Shown here in pieces: positions 25,571 through 40,860 of a stretch of 64,000 nt of DNA. The stretch lies in assembly GCF_009914755.1 (NCBI RefSeq), contig NC_060931.1; one strand, written 5' to 3'. The DNA comes from the human T2T-CHM13v2.0 reference genome, Homo sapiens. Position 1 is the first letter of the stretch, and each line of letters opens with the position of its first letter. Under the pieces are notes generated by a model. The model searched no databases. It had not been told where the DNA came from and saw nothing but the letters and a program-made list of their open reading frames with translations. The translations under genes and the position numbers were made by a program.

Positions 25571-26578
25571 ATGAGAAGGAACCAGAAAACCAACCCTGGT
25601 AATATGACAATACAACGCTCTTCAACACCCACAAAAAAATCACACTAGTTCACCAGCAATGGATCCAAACCAAGAATAAATCCCTGATTTACCTGAAAAA
25701 GAACTCAGGAGTTTAGTTATTAAATTAATCAGGGAAGGACCAGAGAAAGGTGAAGCCCAATGCCAGGAAATCCAAAAAATAATGCAAGAACTGAAGGGAA
25801 AATTATTCAAGGAAGTAGATAGCTTAAAGAAAAAGCAATCAAAAATTCAGGAAACTTTAGACACACTTTTAGAAATGTGGAATGCTCTGGAAAGTCTCAG
25901 CAATATAATTGAGCAAGTAGAAGAAAGAAACTCAGAGCTCAAAGACAAGGTCTTCAAATTAACCCAATCCAAAAAAGACAAAGAAAAAGAATAAGAAAAT
26001 ATGAATAAAGCCTCCAAGAAGTCTGGGATTATGTTAAACAACCAAACCTAAGAATAATTGGTGTTCCTGAGGAAGAATAGAATTCTAAAACCTTGGAAAA
26101 CATATTTGGGGGAATAATCGAGGAAAATTTCCTTGGCCTTGCTAGAGACCTACACATCCACACACAAGAAGTACATAGAACACCTGGAAAATTCATCACA
26201 AAAAGATCTTTGCCTAGGCACATTGTCATGAGGTTATCCAAAGTTAAGAGGAAGGAAAGAAACTTAAGAGCTGTGAGACAGAAGCACCAGGTAACCTGTA
26301 AAGAAAAACCTATCAGATTAACAGCAGATTTCTCTGGAGAAACCCTACAAGCTAGAAGGGATTCAGTCTCCTCAAACAAAACAATTATCAGCCAAGAATT
26401 TTGTATCCAGCAAAACTAAGCATCATATACGAAGGAAAGATACTGTTGTTTTCAGACAAACAAATGCTGAGAGAATTCACCTATTACCAAGCCACCACTA
26501 CGAGAACTGCTAAAGGGAGCTCTAAATCTTGAAACAAATCCTGGAAACACATCAAAACAGAAACTCTTTAAAGCATAA
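25571..26578 (+). pseudogene. Disrupted L1 ORF1 (p40)
   Basis: ORF fragments 25782-25994 (coiled coil) and 26093-26419 (IIEENFLGLARD...PRHIVMRL...KPIRLTADFSGETLQARR) separated by stops/frameshifts. Confidence 0.85.
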
Positions 26579-26666
26579 ATCACACAGGACCTATAAAACA
26601 AAAATACATGTTAAGAAGCAAAACAAAAAGCAAAAAAATCAAAGCATACAGGCAATAAAGAGCAAG

Positions 26667-29600
26667 ATGAATGCAACAGTACCTCACATATCAATACTAC
26701 ATTGAATGTAAATGGCCTAAATGTTCCACTTAAAAGATACAGAACCACGGAATGGATAAGAACTCACCAATCATCTGCTGCCTTCAGGAGACTCACCTAC
26801 CACATACAGACTCACATAAACTTAAAAGGGTAGAAAAAGGCATTTCATGCAAATGGACACCAAAAGCGAGCAGGATAGCTACTCTTATATCAGACAAAAC
26901 AAACTTTAAAGCAACAGCAGCTAAAAGAGACAAAGAGGGACATCACATAATGGTAAAAGGCCTTGTCCAACAGAAAAATATCACAATCCTAAACATATAT
27001 GCACCTAACACTGGAGCTCCCAAATATATAAAACAATTACTAATAGACCTAAGAAATGAGATAGCAACACAATAATAGTGGAGACTTCAATACTCCACTG
27101 ACAGCACTAGACAGGTTATCAAGACAGAAAGACAACAAAGAAACAATGGATTTAAACTATACCTTGGAACAAATAGACCTAACAGATATATAGAGAACGT
27201 TTCATCCAACAACCGCAAAATACACGTTCTATTTAATAGCACATGGAACTTTCTCCAAGATAGACCATATGACAGGCCATAAAATGAGCCTCAATAAGTT
27301 TAAGAAAGTTGAAATTATATCAAGCACTCTCTCAGAACACAGTGGAATAAAACTGGAAATCAACTCCAAAAGGAACCTTCAGAACCATGCAAATGCATGG
27401 AAATTAAATAACCTGTTCCTGAATGAGCATTGGGTCAAAAACAAAATCAAGATGGAAATTAAAAAATTATTCAAACTGAATGACAATAATGATACAACCT
27501 ATCAAAACCTCTGGGATAAAGCAAAGGCGGTGCTAAGAGGAAAGTTCATAACCCTAAGCACCTATATCAAAAAGATTGAAAGAGCACAAACTGATATTCT
27601 AAGGTCACACCTCAAGGAGCAAGAGAAACAAGCGCAAACCAAACCCAAACCCAGCAGAAGAAAGGAAGTTATCATGAAAGATCAGAGCAGAACTAAATGA
27701 AATTGAAACAAACAAACAAAAAAGATAAATGAAACAAAAAGCTGGTTATTTAAAAAGATAAATAAAATTGATAGACCATCAGCAAGATTAACCAAGAAAA
27801 GAAGAGAGAAAATCCAAATAACCTCACTAAGAAACAAGACAGGAGATATTACAACTGACACCACTGAAATACAAAAGATCATTCAAGGCTACTATGACGC
27901 ATTTACGCACATAGCTAGAAAACCTAGAAGAGATGGATAAATTATTGTAAAGATACAACCCTTCTAGCTTAAATCAGTAAGAATTAGATACCCTGAACAG
28001 ACCAATAACAAGCAGTGAGATTGAAATGGTAATTTTTAAATTACCAACACAAAAAGTCCGGGACCAGACGGATTCACAGCAGAATTCTACCAGACATCCA
28101 AAAAAGAATTGTTACCAATCCTTTTGACACTATTCCACAAGACAGAGAAAGAAGGACTCCTCCTTAATTCATCTTCTGAAGCCAGCATCACCCTAATACC
28201 AAAATCAGAAAAGGACCTAACCAAAAAAGAAAACTACAGACCGATATCCTTGAAGAACATTGATGCTAAAATCCTTAACAAAATACTAGCTAACCGAATC
28301 CAACAACATACCAAAAAGATAACCCACCATGATCAAGTGAGTTTCATACCAGGGATGCAGGGATGGTTTAACATATGCAAGTCAATAAACACACCACATA
28401 AACAGAATTAAAAACAAAAATCACATGTTCATCTCAATAGATGCAGAAAAAGCATTCGACAAAATCCAGCATTGCTTTATGATTAAAACTCTCAGCAAAA
28501 TTAGCATACAAGGGACATACCTTAATGTAATAAAAGCCATCTATGACAAAACCATAGCCAACATAATACTAAATGGGGAAAAGTTGAAAGCATTCACTCT
28601 AAGAACTGGAACAAGACAAGGATGCCCACTCTTACCACTCCTCTTCAACATAGTACTGGAAGTCCTAGTCAGAGCAATTAGACAAGAAAAAGAAATAAAT
28701 GGCATCCAAATCAGTAAAGAGAAAGTCAAACTGTCACTGTTTGCTGATGATATGATCATTTACCTTGAAAACCCTAAGAACTCCTTCAGAAATCTCCTAG
28801 AACTGATAAAAGAATTCAGCAAAGTTTCCACATACAAGATTAATGTATGAAAATCAGTAGCTCTTCTATACACCAACAGCAAGCAAGCAGAGAATCAAAT
28901 CAAGAACTCAACCCCTTTTACAATAGCTGCAAAAAAGAAATAAAATACTTAGGAATACACCTAACCAAGGGGTCAAAAGACCTCTACAAGGAAAACTACA
29001 AAACACTGTTGAAAGAAATCATAGATGACACAAACAAATGGAAACACATCCATGCTCATGGGATGGGTAGAATCAATAATGTGAAAATGACCATACTGCC
29101 AAAAGCAATCTATACATTCAACACATTCCCCATCAAAATACCACCATCATTCTTCACAGAATTAGAAAAACATTCTAAAATTCATATGGAACCAAAAAAA
29201 GAGCCCAAATAGCCAAAGCAAGACTAAGCAAAAAGAATACATCTGGAGGCATCACACTACCTGATTTCAAACTATACTATAAGGCCATAGTCACCCAAAC
29301 AGCATGGTACTGGTATAAAAATAGGCACATAGACCAGTGAAACAGGATAGAGAACCCAGAAAGAAACCCAAATACTTACAGCCAACTGATCTTCAACAAA
29401 GTAAACAAAAACATCAAGTGGGAAAGGACACCCTTTTCAACAAATGATGCTGGATAATTGGCTAGCCACATGGAGGAGAATGAAACTGGATCCTCATCTC
29501 TCACGTTATACAAAAATCAACTCAAGACGGATTAAGGACTGAAACCTAAAACCTGAAACTATAAAAATTCTAGATGATAACATTGGAAAAACCCTTCTAG

Positions 29601-30310
29601 ACATTGGCTTAGGCAAGGATTTCATGACCAAGAACCCAAAAGCAAATGCAATAAAAACAAAGATAAATAGCTAGGACCTAATTAAACTAAAGAGCTTTTG
29701 CATGGCAAAAGAAACTGTCAGCAGAGTAAACAGACAACCCACAAAGGGGGAGAAAATCTTCACAATCTATACATCTGACAAAGGACTAATATCCAAAATC
29801 TACAATGAACTCAAACAAATCAATAAGAAAAAAACAAACAATCCCATCAAAAAGTGGGCTAAGGACATAAATAGACAATTCTCAAAAGAAGATATACAAA
29901 TGGCCAACAAACACATTAAAAAATGCTCAACATCACTAATGATCAGGAAAATGCAAACCAAAACCACAATGTGATATCATCTTACTTCTGCAGGAATGGC
30001 CATAATCAAAAAATCAAAAACAGTAGATGTCAGCATGGATGCAGTGAACAGGGAACACTTCTACACTGCTAGTGGGAATATAAATTAGTATAGCCGCCAT
30101 GGAAAATAGTGTGGAGATTCCTTAAAGAATTTAAAGTAGAACTACTATTTGACCCAGCAATCCCACTACTGGGTATCTAGCCAGAAGAAAGGAAGCCATT
30201 ATTCGAAAAAGATACTTGCACATGCATGTTTATAATGGCACAATCCACAATAGCGAAATTGTGGAACCAACCCAAATACCCACAAATCAATGAGTAGATA
30301 AAGAAAGTGT

Positions 30311-30346
<36 letters not shown>

Positions 30347-30502
30347 GACAGATATATGATGGAATACTATGCAGCCATAAAAATGGATAAATTAACAGCA
30401 CTTGCAGTCACTTAGATGAGATTGGAGACGATTATTCTAAATGAAGTAACTCAGGAATGGAAAACCAAACACCATATGTTCTAACTAATATGTCAGAGCT
30501 AA
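26667..30502 (+). pseudogene. Disrupted L1 ORF2 (endonuclease/reverse transcriptase)
   Basis: ICCLQETHL and NIYAPN (APE endonuclease); [30 protein letters not shown] (RT); multiple frameshifts and stops. Confidence 0.92.
30312..30343. repeat. (GT)16 microsatellite within L1PB
   Basis: Perfect GT run. Confidence 0.95.
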
Positions 30503-33500
30503 GCTATGAGGACAAAAAGGCATAAGAATGATACAATGGACTTTGGGGACTTGGGGGGAAGAGTGGGAGGGGGACTAGGGATAAAAGTCTACAAATATAG
30601 TGCAGTGTATACTGCTCGGGTGATGGATGAACCAAAATCTCACAAATCACCACTAAAGAACTTACTCATGTAACCAAATACCACCTGTACTCCAATAACT
30701 TATGGAAAAATTAAAATAAATAAATAAAAGCTCAAATATGTTAAAAGTAAAGGGATAGAGCACATATCATTCTAATGCTGACCAAAAGGAAGCTGGAATA
30801 ACTATATTAATTTTAGACAAATTAAACTTCAGGAAAAATACTTAAATAAAGGCATTGCAGAAGGTAGACAAGTATCCACAAAGACATAATAATCCTTAAC
30901 ATGTATGCACATCTTCTAAAGCTCACATGGAATACTAACCAAGATAGAACATTATGGATCAAAAAACACATTAACAAATTTAAAAGAATAGAAATCATAC
31001 TAAGTATGTTTTCAGATCACAACAGAACTAAACTATAGATCAAAATCAGAAAGACAACTGGAAAATAGAAAAAAATGAAGATTAAACAACACACTTCTAA
31101 ATAACACATGGAATCAAAGCGGAAGTCTCAAGAGAAACTGAAAATATTCTGAACAAAAATGAAAACATAGCACCAAAATTTGTGGTATTCAGTAAAGTAG
31201 ATCTAAAGGAAAATTATGGCACTAAATGCATATGTTAGAAAAGAAGAAAGACATAAAATCAATAGTCTAAACTTTCTCTAAAAAAAAACTAGAGAAAAAG
31301 AACAATTTGGAAGCCTGTAACAAAAAGAAACACAATAAAAGTCAGAATATAAATCAATAAAATTTTAAACAGCAAACAATAGACAAAAATCAATGAAATC
31401 AAAAGCAGCTCTTTGAAAAGCTCAATAAAATTTATAAACCTCTAGTTAGGCTAACCAAGAAAAAGAGAAGACACAAATTACTAATATCAGAAATGAAAGA
31501 AAGATCATCACTACTGATCACATGGACATTAAAAGGATAATAAAGAAATAGTACAAACAACTCTCTGCCCACAAATTAGATAAAGTGAACCAATTCTTCA
31601 AAGACACAACTACCAAAAGTCACAAAAGGAAAAGTAGATAATCTGAAGAGGACCATATCTACCAATGAAATTGAATCAATAATTAACAACCATCAAAACA
31701 AAAGCACCAGGCTCAAATGGCTTCACTGGTGAATTCTACCAAAAATTTAAGGAAAAAATGATACAATTTCCACTATCTCTTACAGGAAATAGAAATAATT
31801 CCTAACTCATTCTATGAGTCCAGAATTACCCTAACACCAGGAGCAAATAAGAATATTACAAGAAAGGAAAACTATAGATCAATATCTATCATGAAGATAA
31901 ATGTAAAAATCCTCAACATATTAGCAAATCAAATACAACAATATATAAAAATAATTATACATCATGACCAAGTGAGATTTATTCTAGCTAGGCAAGGCTG
32001 TTTTAATATTTAAAAACCAATGAATGTAATTCACCACATTAACAGGCTAAGGGAAAAAAAAGCAATATTACATTACTTGGTACAGAAAAGACATTTGACA
32101 AAATCCTATATCCGTGTATAATAAAAATTATCAGCAAACTAGGAATGCAGGGAAAGTTCTTCAACTTGATAAAGAACAGCTACAAAACACTTCCTTACTT
32201 AATAGTGAGAAACCAGTAACTCTCTAAGATCATGAACAAGGCAAGGATGTCCCCTCTCAACAGTCCTAGTTAACATCATACTGGAAGTCCTAATTAAATA
32301 CATAAGACAAGAAAAGGAAATAAAAGGTATACAGATTGGGGAGGACAAAATTAAATTGTCTTTATTCACAATTTTCTCTGTGCAAAATCCCAAAGGATAG
32401 GGGAAAAGTTCCTGGAATTAATGAGTGAGTATAGCAAGGTCACTATAGAAGAATAGAAGGTTAATATACAAAAGTCAATTGCTCTTCTATATACCAAAAA
32501 TGACCAATTTGTATTTGAAATGAGAGAAAATACATTTGCAATGGCACCCCAAAAATGAAATACTTAGGTATAAAGTCTCAGAAAATATGTATAAGATCTA
32601 TAAGAGGAAAACTACAAAACTGATAAACAAAATCTAAATAAATGGAGGGATATTCCATTTTCAAGGATAGGAAGACTCAATATTGTTAAGATGTCAGTTC
32701 TTCCCAACTTGGTCTATAAATTCAAAGCAATCCAAATCAAAATCCCAGCAAGCTATTTTATAAATTACCTGATTCTAAAGTTTATCCATTTAAGTTTTAA
32801 ACCTAGAATAATCAACAGAATACAGTAAAGTAAGCTTGAACGACACATAATAGGCAATTTCAAAACTTACTATAAAGGCACAATAATCAAGGCAATGTCG
32901 TATTAGCAAAAGAATAGACATATATTACTAGATAAATGGAACAGAATACTGAGCTCAGAAATAGACCCAAACAAATATAATCAACTGCTCTTTGACACAG
33001 AAGCAATGGCAATTCAATGGAAAAAGAGAGTATTTTCAACAAATGCCATGGGAATATTTGGATGTTTATATGCAAAAATAAGAAAAATAACTTAGACATA
33101 GGCCTTATACCTTTAACAAAAATTAACTCCAAACAGACCATAAACTAAAATATAAAATGCAAAAGTATAAAATTTCTAGAAGAAAACATAGGAGAAAATT
33201 TAGGTCACCTTGAGTTTGACGACGAATTTTTAGATACAACACCAAAGCATAATCTACGAAAAAAAATTGGTAAGTTGGATTTTATGAAAAAGTTCATTCC
33301 TTACCCAAATGACCACCCATGTACTGGGCTCAGCCAAGTTCATCAGCTCAGGTGTCAATATTGTTTAAGAGAACTTGTTGCATTTGGGAGATTAAGAAGG
33401 AAGAGATCCAGGATCCCTGGCAATGTAGTATCCAAGAAATAGGTGATCCCAGCAAGAATCTATGTATACAATTTGGTGTGAGTAATCTTTCACTTGGCCA

Positions 33501-34029
33501 CAAAAAATTTTACCCACTTAATCATCTGAATAAATTTCTATCTCTCATCCTCTTTCTCATTAAGTATGCATTACTATCTATTTCACTAGGGTATTTTGTG
33601 ACTTAATAGTGTGCACTGATTTGAGCCTTAACAGGGGAAAGAGCTAAACAAAATTCTTTATGTATGTATTTGTACTATGGAGAATACAGAATCATGATAA
33701 ATATGCAATAACAGTATAAAACAAAAAGAGCTTTAGGACAGACAGATGAAGGAGGTGATGTGGAGAACAGAGACACAGACATTGTATAAACCACGGCTAA
33801 AGAGATAACTAGGGCAGATATCCAGGCAAGAAAAACCAGTTAGATCAGTTGTAAATCAAATATATTTAACTATTAATGTCTTGGTGGGGTGAGGGGAAAA
33901 TGACCTTATATTTTGATTAGACATGGATACATATGAATGTTCAAACCAAGACTTGTAGCAGGTATTGCTAGATATTATCCATTGCCTCTTCAGATAACAC
34001 TTTCTACCTTGTGTCCAATCTGCCCCAGC

Positions 34030-34310
34030 AGTCTGGCCTTTATGGTCTACATTAAGGGATCCCTTCACTCTGACGTCCCAGGAAGGCCAAGTGGCAGGAG
34101 AGCAGAAGGCAGGAAGAGAGTGAAGCAAGAGTATTTATCTTTTGAACTCCCTCCCTTCTGTGCTGTGGTGGATGATGGCTGGGTTCCTTCCCCAAGTTCC
34201 TAGCAGATAGCCTCTCCCAGCTGCCTTCTGCTCTTGCACCACCCCTCATTAGCTTTTCTTGACCTTGCCCACATCTTTGAAACTGTTCCTTAGTTTATTT
34301 CTCTTCATCT
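34030..34310. mobile_element. LTR33-like ERVL LTR fragment
   Basis: 'ggcaggagagcagaaggcaggaagagagtgaag..gagtatttat', 'ccttgcccacatctttg'. Confidence 0.5.
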
Positions 34311-35764
34311 GTTACCTACCTAAACTCTTACTGATAAAAGCATAAAACGTGTACAAAGAGAATATGAAATGTATTAATTTGCTGATGAGAGCTTTTCAGT
34401 TGTAATGCAAGAGATCTTATGGGAAAAATAGTGTAAATAGGATGCACCTGCTCTGTGGAGCCTACTCTGAACCCCAGAAGTTGGTTATGCCTTCTTTGTT
34501 CTCCTTGCCCTTTACACATAGCACATCATTATTGTGGGACTGTGGTGGACATGAAAGAACTTAGTCAAAGGGACCTCATGTGGGAAGTGTTTCATGAGGT
34601 GAGGGATCTGAGAAATAAAGGAATCCCTAAAGTTCTGGCAGTTGGAGTTATATGAACTCAGTCACCTGAGGTTGGCTTCCACAGTTGTGAACAACCAAGA
34701 GACAGCAAGTGCTGCACAATTCAGTGAGGCCCCTCTTACCTTCAATGCATCCATCTCCTCAGACAGTGAGAGCAAGATACACATCTGTAGATCTCCTACT
34801 CTAGTTGAGAATACACAATAAGAACATAGTGTTTATTAATGAGCCCAGAACTGCCTTCTTCCTAGTGGTATTCCCTGACAAAGACAAGTACAAGCTGTTT
34901 AAAAGAACATCGTTTAATATCAAAACATCTAGGTTATGATAACCCCAACACTACACACCCTGAGACATTATATGTATATGTATATGCTTTTTATCCCCAG
35001 TGCCAAAACAAAACTATTTTGAGAGAGGATTTACTTTTTTAAAGAATTCTCATGTCAAAGCAAGCAGGAGTGGTTTTTTTAACATCTAAATTGAAATAAG
35101 AACTGCATGTCTGTCTGCATAGTTTAAGTGAGTCTCCAATCCCTGAAGTCAGAACATTAAATTCAGGGTTTTTCATACAAATAGCAAACAGGAGTTCACC
35201 CAGATAATCTCCGAAGCTACCAGCTAAGAGGCCATAACTGGCACTAACTCCTTTGTCACATACGCGCATTTGGTGTTCTCAGCTCTCCTCTTAATCACTA
35301 ACTCCTGGCTCTTTCTCTGCATGATTTTTGGGCATGTCCCTCCATCACGGCCTCTGCTGTGTCAGGTCTACCATTATAGACCTTGGAGCCCATGGTTCCT
35401 GTTCTCACTTCCTTGACTCCTTTCATCTTTCCACCCAAGAATAATTTTTCTCCAATACAATATCTTTATATCATCTTCTTGTTCACCAGGTTCAAATGAC
35501 TGAATGTACTCAGACCTGTTTTCTCATCTGTAAAAATGATACTACAATGGGGCTGAAAGAATCAAAGGTCTCTTTTATCTCTGATCTCATTATTCCTCCA
35601 CCGAACTCATTTGATCTCATGTAACAATCTTTTTTGTGGTTGGCCCCTTGCTGTCAGCCACTCTTCACACATTCATCTAACAAAATTTACTGAGTGCCTG
35701 CAATGGAAGAACACAAGTGCTAGGTTCTAGAAATAAAATTAAAAATTCCTTTCTTTGACATGCA

Positions 35765-35945
35765 ATAGCAGTTATCATTTCTGAGCACTTCTACATGGAG
35801 TATTTCAGGAGGGCTCATTGTATCCTCACAATAAACTTATGACAGAAGCATTATTGATAACTCCACTTTATAGATGAGAAAACTGAAACACAGGTTAATA
35901 CATGGCCCAAGTCATATAACTAGTAAGTGACTGAGCCAAATGTCA
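35765..35945 (-). mobile_element. MIR SINE
   Basis: 'ccactttatagatgagaaaactgaaacacaggttaa', 'ccaagtcatataactagtaagtg'. Confidence 0.8.
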
Positions 35946-37571
35946 TTGGTTCTAAATGATTATGCCTCTGAAATAATTACAGTGAAAAGTTCTTAAAGAC
36001 ATTAATAAAATACTGAACAGGAAGATCTTAGCTTTGCTGCAGTTTCTAGGATGAAGGGCTACTTGAGCTCCAAGAAGCTTTCCACCCCTACCCCATGCCG
36101 ATGCCATGCCCCATCTGGAGCACTCATCACATAGTCTCAGCCAAGTCATTTCCATCTCAAGCATTGTGCAAAAGACCAACACTCACCTTGAAAAAAACCA
36201 TCTTCAATGAATGGACTGCCATCTGTGCTTTATTATTTTGTACATAAGATTGTTACTTTGTACATATACTACATTTGACATAATTTTTTTTAACTTGTTC
36301 TCATGCCATGCTTAATCTCCCCAACCAATCTATCAAGAACACCTCCAGCCAAGCCTGGTATAGTGCTTATCAAATAGCAAGCAAAGCTTGTTAATAAATC
36401 AAGCAATTCACTTTGTCCAGGGAGTCAAATCCAAACCCTCCAGACAAGTTTGATGACATTCACTAACCTTGACCTGGCAGAGCCTCCCCCATCAATCCAC
36501 CAGGGCTGAGTTGACAACAATTCTCCTCCAATCAGTTCTCCACACTCCTATCCCTGTGACTTTTATCTTGTATTAAACGATCACATAAACACTGAGCCTC
36601 CAAAGCAGTGAAAGGAACTTTTATTTTCTCATGGTTTCCATCTCCCAGCTTCTTCTATTGTATCGTAAATCCAAAACTGCCATAAAAGTTAGAAGCTTCA
36701 GAAGTGTCTTTTATAGGAATTTGGATTGTAGTCAAACATCTACCCTCAGTGTTCTCTTTCCAGTGTGGCATTTCCTCCCTACCACCTAATACAAGTATAC
36801 ACAGTATGGTAGGAAGACCTGCAGACCTAAGCAGGTTTGAGCTATTTTTCCATCACTCATCATTACAAATGTGTTTGTGTTTTCACTGTGGGGTATTCTT
36901 AAACCCTGCTGCTGGTGATGCTTTCTGTAAACAGTAATTCTCAAGTGCCTTATTGTGAATACAATGAGTCATCTCCAGTGCAGAGAAGTGGCTTTATTTA
37001 GGACTGGCCAGAGGGGGATGGGCATCATTATATTCAGTTTGATAGAGGATCTGCAGAATTCTCTCATTGCCCTGTACAGCAGGTCCAGTTTCTTTTTCGT
37101 TCTCCTGATAGAAGGACTGTACGCCTAAATATTCAGCACATATCCCCAAATTGATGTTTTACCTAAATTGTTTCTTAATTGGCTCAAATTAAGTGCATTT
37201 TGCAAATCCTCCCTCAGTCTAGTCTGTGGTCTAATGACTGTCTGACATAGGAAGCACTAAATGTTTAGTTAATATTTGCTGAACAATTAAAAAAAGGAAA
37301 AAATAGAAACAAAGGAAAGGAGGTAAAACTGATAACTGTGGGTGAAAAGAAGTCAAGGTCAAAGCCTGCATCTCTGTCTGGTTCATGAACAACTGAGCCT
37401 TACAGGGTTAAAACTATTCTGTGACCCCCAGGAGCCAATCAGTCCCCTCAAATTTATACTGTTAGGAGAACCTTTTGAAAGAAAGCAACCAGCTTACAGC
37501 AACTCATCCCCACTGCTGGAAAAATACAAGTCAACATATTTTGACCTCTGATGGTAGAGCCGCAAAACTAA

Positions 37572-38318
<747 letters not shown>

Positions 38319-40489
38319 GGTATATTTACATAAAAATAAAAAGCAGAGTATTATGAATTTATGAATTGCAAAGATGGAACCCATGCATATTTATAGATTC
38401 TGAAGTAACCAAACTAAAAGACAGTGCTTATTTTTTCTAATAAATATCTAGCTCAGACATTATTTTTTTAACTCATTCTTATTGTCATTATAATTAGTTA
38501 AATATTAGCTTGAGGTAAAAAAAATCATGCTGTGAATGAATTGATTTCTTTCTTCTATGGGTATTCTTTAGTCAAATGGTCTGGTAAAACACTTTTATGA
38601 GCTACTAAAAGCTTTGAACGTTTATGTAAGTCTATGACAACAGTACATTTTTCCAATTTTTACAGAGGAGAATTAAAATATCCTATCTGATATAACAAGG
38701 ATTATGAATAGATTAAAAAATTATTTCAGTATTTTAAATTTAATACTCTCATTTAACAGGTTTGACAAAATGAAAAGTATTAGATTCTGATTCCTAGATT
38801 TGTATTTCTCATCTGATTCAATTATGTAAGCTTATATTTTAGAAATGCCAACTCCTTTACATCAGGGCCAAGACTAAATAACTCTGCAATATCAGAAGAA
38901 GCGTCACATTGAAAGAATGCTGAAATGAAATTACATTTCATCTCTACAAAAGTCAGAGTCTCTATTTCTGGGTTCAATGCATTTGACAGTTTAACTACCT
39001 ACATTGTTTTTATCATATAAAAAAGGAGAGTGTTTTAATTTCAATCCCTTAACCTTCTAGCAATGAAATAGTTCCAGAGAATATAATGAATATAAAAGGG
39101 GTCAGTGTTCAAATTATATTCATTTATAGCTAATTGGAAAGTTTCTTTTGTTGCTGAAGACCAGGACCTTTTTCCTGTCTATCTGCTAGTGACTATCACT
39201 CTGATGCCTTAATCTTCAAGTGGACATTCTCTTCATTCAGTGCAATTATAGTAACCTGAAAGGTAATGTAGTCTCATAAGAGATATGCCATCATCACACA
39301 GATTTATGGGCAGAACCACATCCATAAAATTTAGAAAATTGCTTGTGTACTACCAGCCTATTTTGCCTGTTAATATAAATAATATTTTCAACATTAGCTA
39401 CCAAGAGGACAAATTTCTCATAACTGACTTTCTGCTTAATTCTGTCAGATAATCTCTGCTGTAATATGATGAAGAATATACTGTGAAGAATTTCTGACAA
39501 GCTTCGTTTTTCTAGGGTGTTTTGCTGAAGAGGCCCAATCTGTTGTTTATTTGGGGCTGGTACCGCATTAAATTGATTTAGGGACACCATTTTCCATTTT
39601 TCTATCTTCCATGCTCTGTTAACTTATGTCATATTTATTACAACTCTTGGTTTTGCATGTATGTTTCAATTTGTGGTAGCAAACTGATGAAACACGTTTC
39701 TCCCCTTTTTTGTAAAATGGTGTTTAACAACTGCTACTCCTATTAATGTATTGCCACCTTATAAGTAAACTCAACATGAAGAGATCTACACAATATTCTG
39801 ATTAAGAAATTCTACCTGGGGCACAGAATATATGTGAAATACCTTTTCAAATAAAAACTTGGAGGAAGTAAACAGAGCAAATGCATAAAAGAAGAACATA
39901 TGTTTTATGCTACCAAATTATGCATCATTATTTTGAATAGCTAACCAAAGTTTGTTACAGATACTAAAGCTTCGTTTAAATTTTAGTCCATTTGCAGTTT
40001 GTCATTGTTGTTTAAAATTCCTCAGGCAGGGGTGTGAGTGGAGGAAGTTACTTCTCTAGGGAGATGAACTCTAAAATCTTGTTTCTGGGAGATACTGCAA
40101 TTTGTGGTCTCAGATTCTAGACTATTCCAAAGAAAGCTCTCTGAGCTCCTGTGTGTTAATTTATGACATATCTGCTCTCACCCGATAGGTTTGTGCTTTA
40201 TCACGAGTCTCAGGGAGCCCATCAGGGCTCACAAAGGAAAGAAGTCTGAGACACATAAAAAATATATGACTCCAAGCCAGGGAGCACTTTACGTTGTACA
40301 CAGCAAAGGAACCCCTGGTACCACTGAACATGAAGGTCATGTTCTACGCAAGTACAAGGACTGGGCTGCCATCCTTACATTCTTCATGTTATTAAAACAA
40401 AATGTCTAATCATGCCTGAAGCTGCCCAAAGCCTTGTTGGCGAAGAGATATCAAGCTGGAACACAGCAAGTCCACACCTTCTGCTTTCA

Positions 40490-40860
40490 CCCACTCCCAC
40501 TTTCTGTATGCACACTCTGACCCTGCTCTGGCCAGACTGACCTATTTATCCCCTTCCCCTAAAGGTATCTCATGTTTCCCACCTTCAAGCCTCTCCACAC
40601 CTATATTTTACTCATCTTTTAAGGTCCAATTTCTTAGAGTACTCCAAATCCAAAGTCAGTGCGATCTCCAGAGAGAAACAATACTTTTAATTTCTCTACT
40701 GTCCATATAGCTACCATAAGACTTATGTAAGTATTCACTGTTTCCCTAATAGATTACACATTTTCTAAGGATAAAACCATATTTGAATGTCCAGTTATGC
40801 TCCTAAGTGGCTAACATTGAGCCTTACTCAAAGTAAATGCATAACACAAATTTGTTTTTA
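40490..40860 (+). mobile_element. Degenerate L2 fragment
   Basis: L2-like 3' region 'tttccctaatagattacacattttctaagga'. Confidence 0.45.

Larger units (their letters stand above)
24141..30728 (+). mobile_element. Full-length L1PB (L1PBa 5' UTR / L1PB1-like 3' end), inactive
   Basis: 5' end 'catggcagacaggaggcaggactagattacagctcc'; ORF1/ORF2 fragments; 3' UTR 'taccacctgtactccaataacttatggaaaaat'; degenerate TSD aaaa(a/g)ctcaa(g/a)t; ~6.6 kb. Confidence 0.92.
22795..33292 (+). mobile_element. Old L1M (ORF1 through most of ORF2; pieces ~22795-24140 and ~30729-33292), split by L1PB
   Basis: Degenerate ORF1 ('aaagaatcagtgagcttgaagata', 'agaattacagcagacttctcatcag'); EN motif 'tgttgcctaccagaaact' resumes after the L1PB as 'ttaaaagtaaagggat'; degenerate RT region ~31.7-32.5 kb. 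Confidence 0.85.

Noticed and set aside
25782-29974. Cluster of plus-strand ORFs with endonuclease and reverse-transcriptase motifs as a novel RT system
   Set aside because: They are frameshifted fragments of ordinary L1 ORF1/ORF2 in an inactive L1PB
36181-36190. Strong minus-strand donor CAAG|GTGAGT
   Set aside because: No convincing acceptor at exon distance
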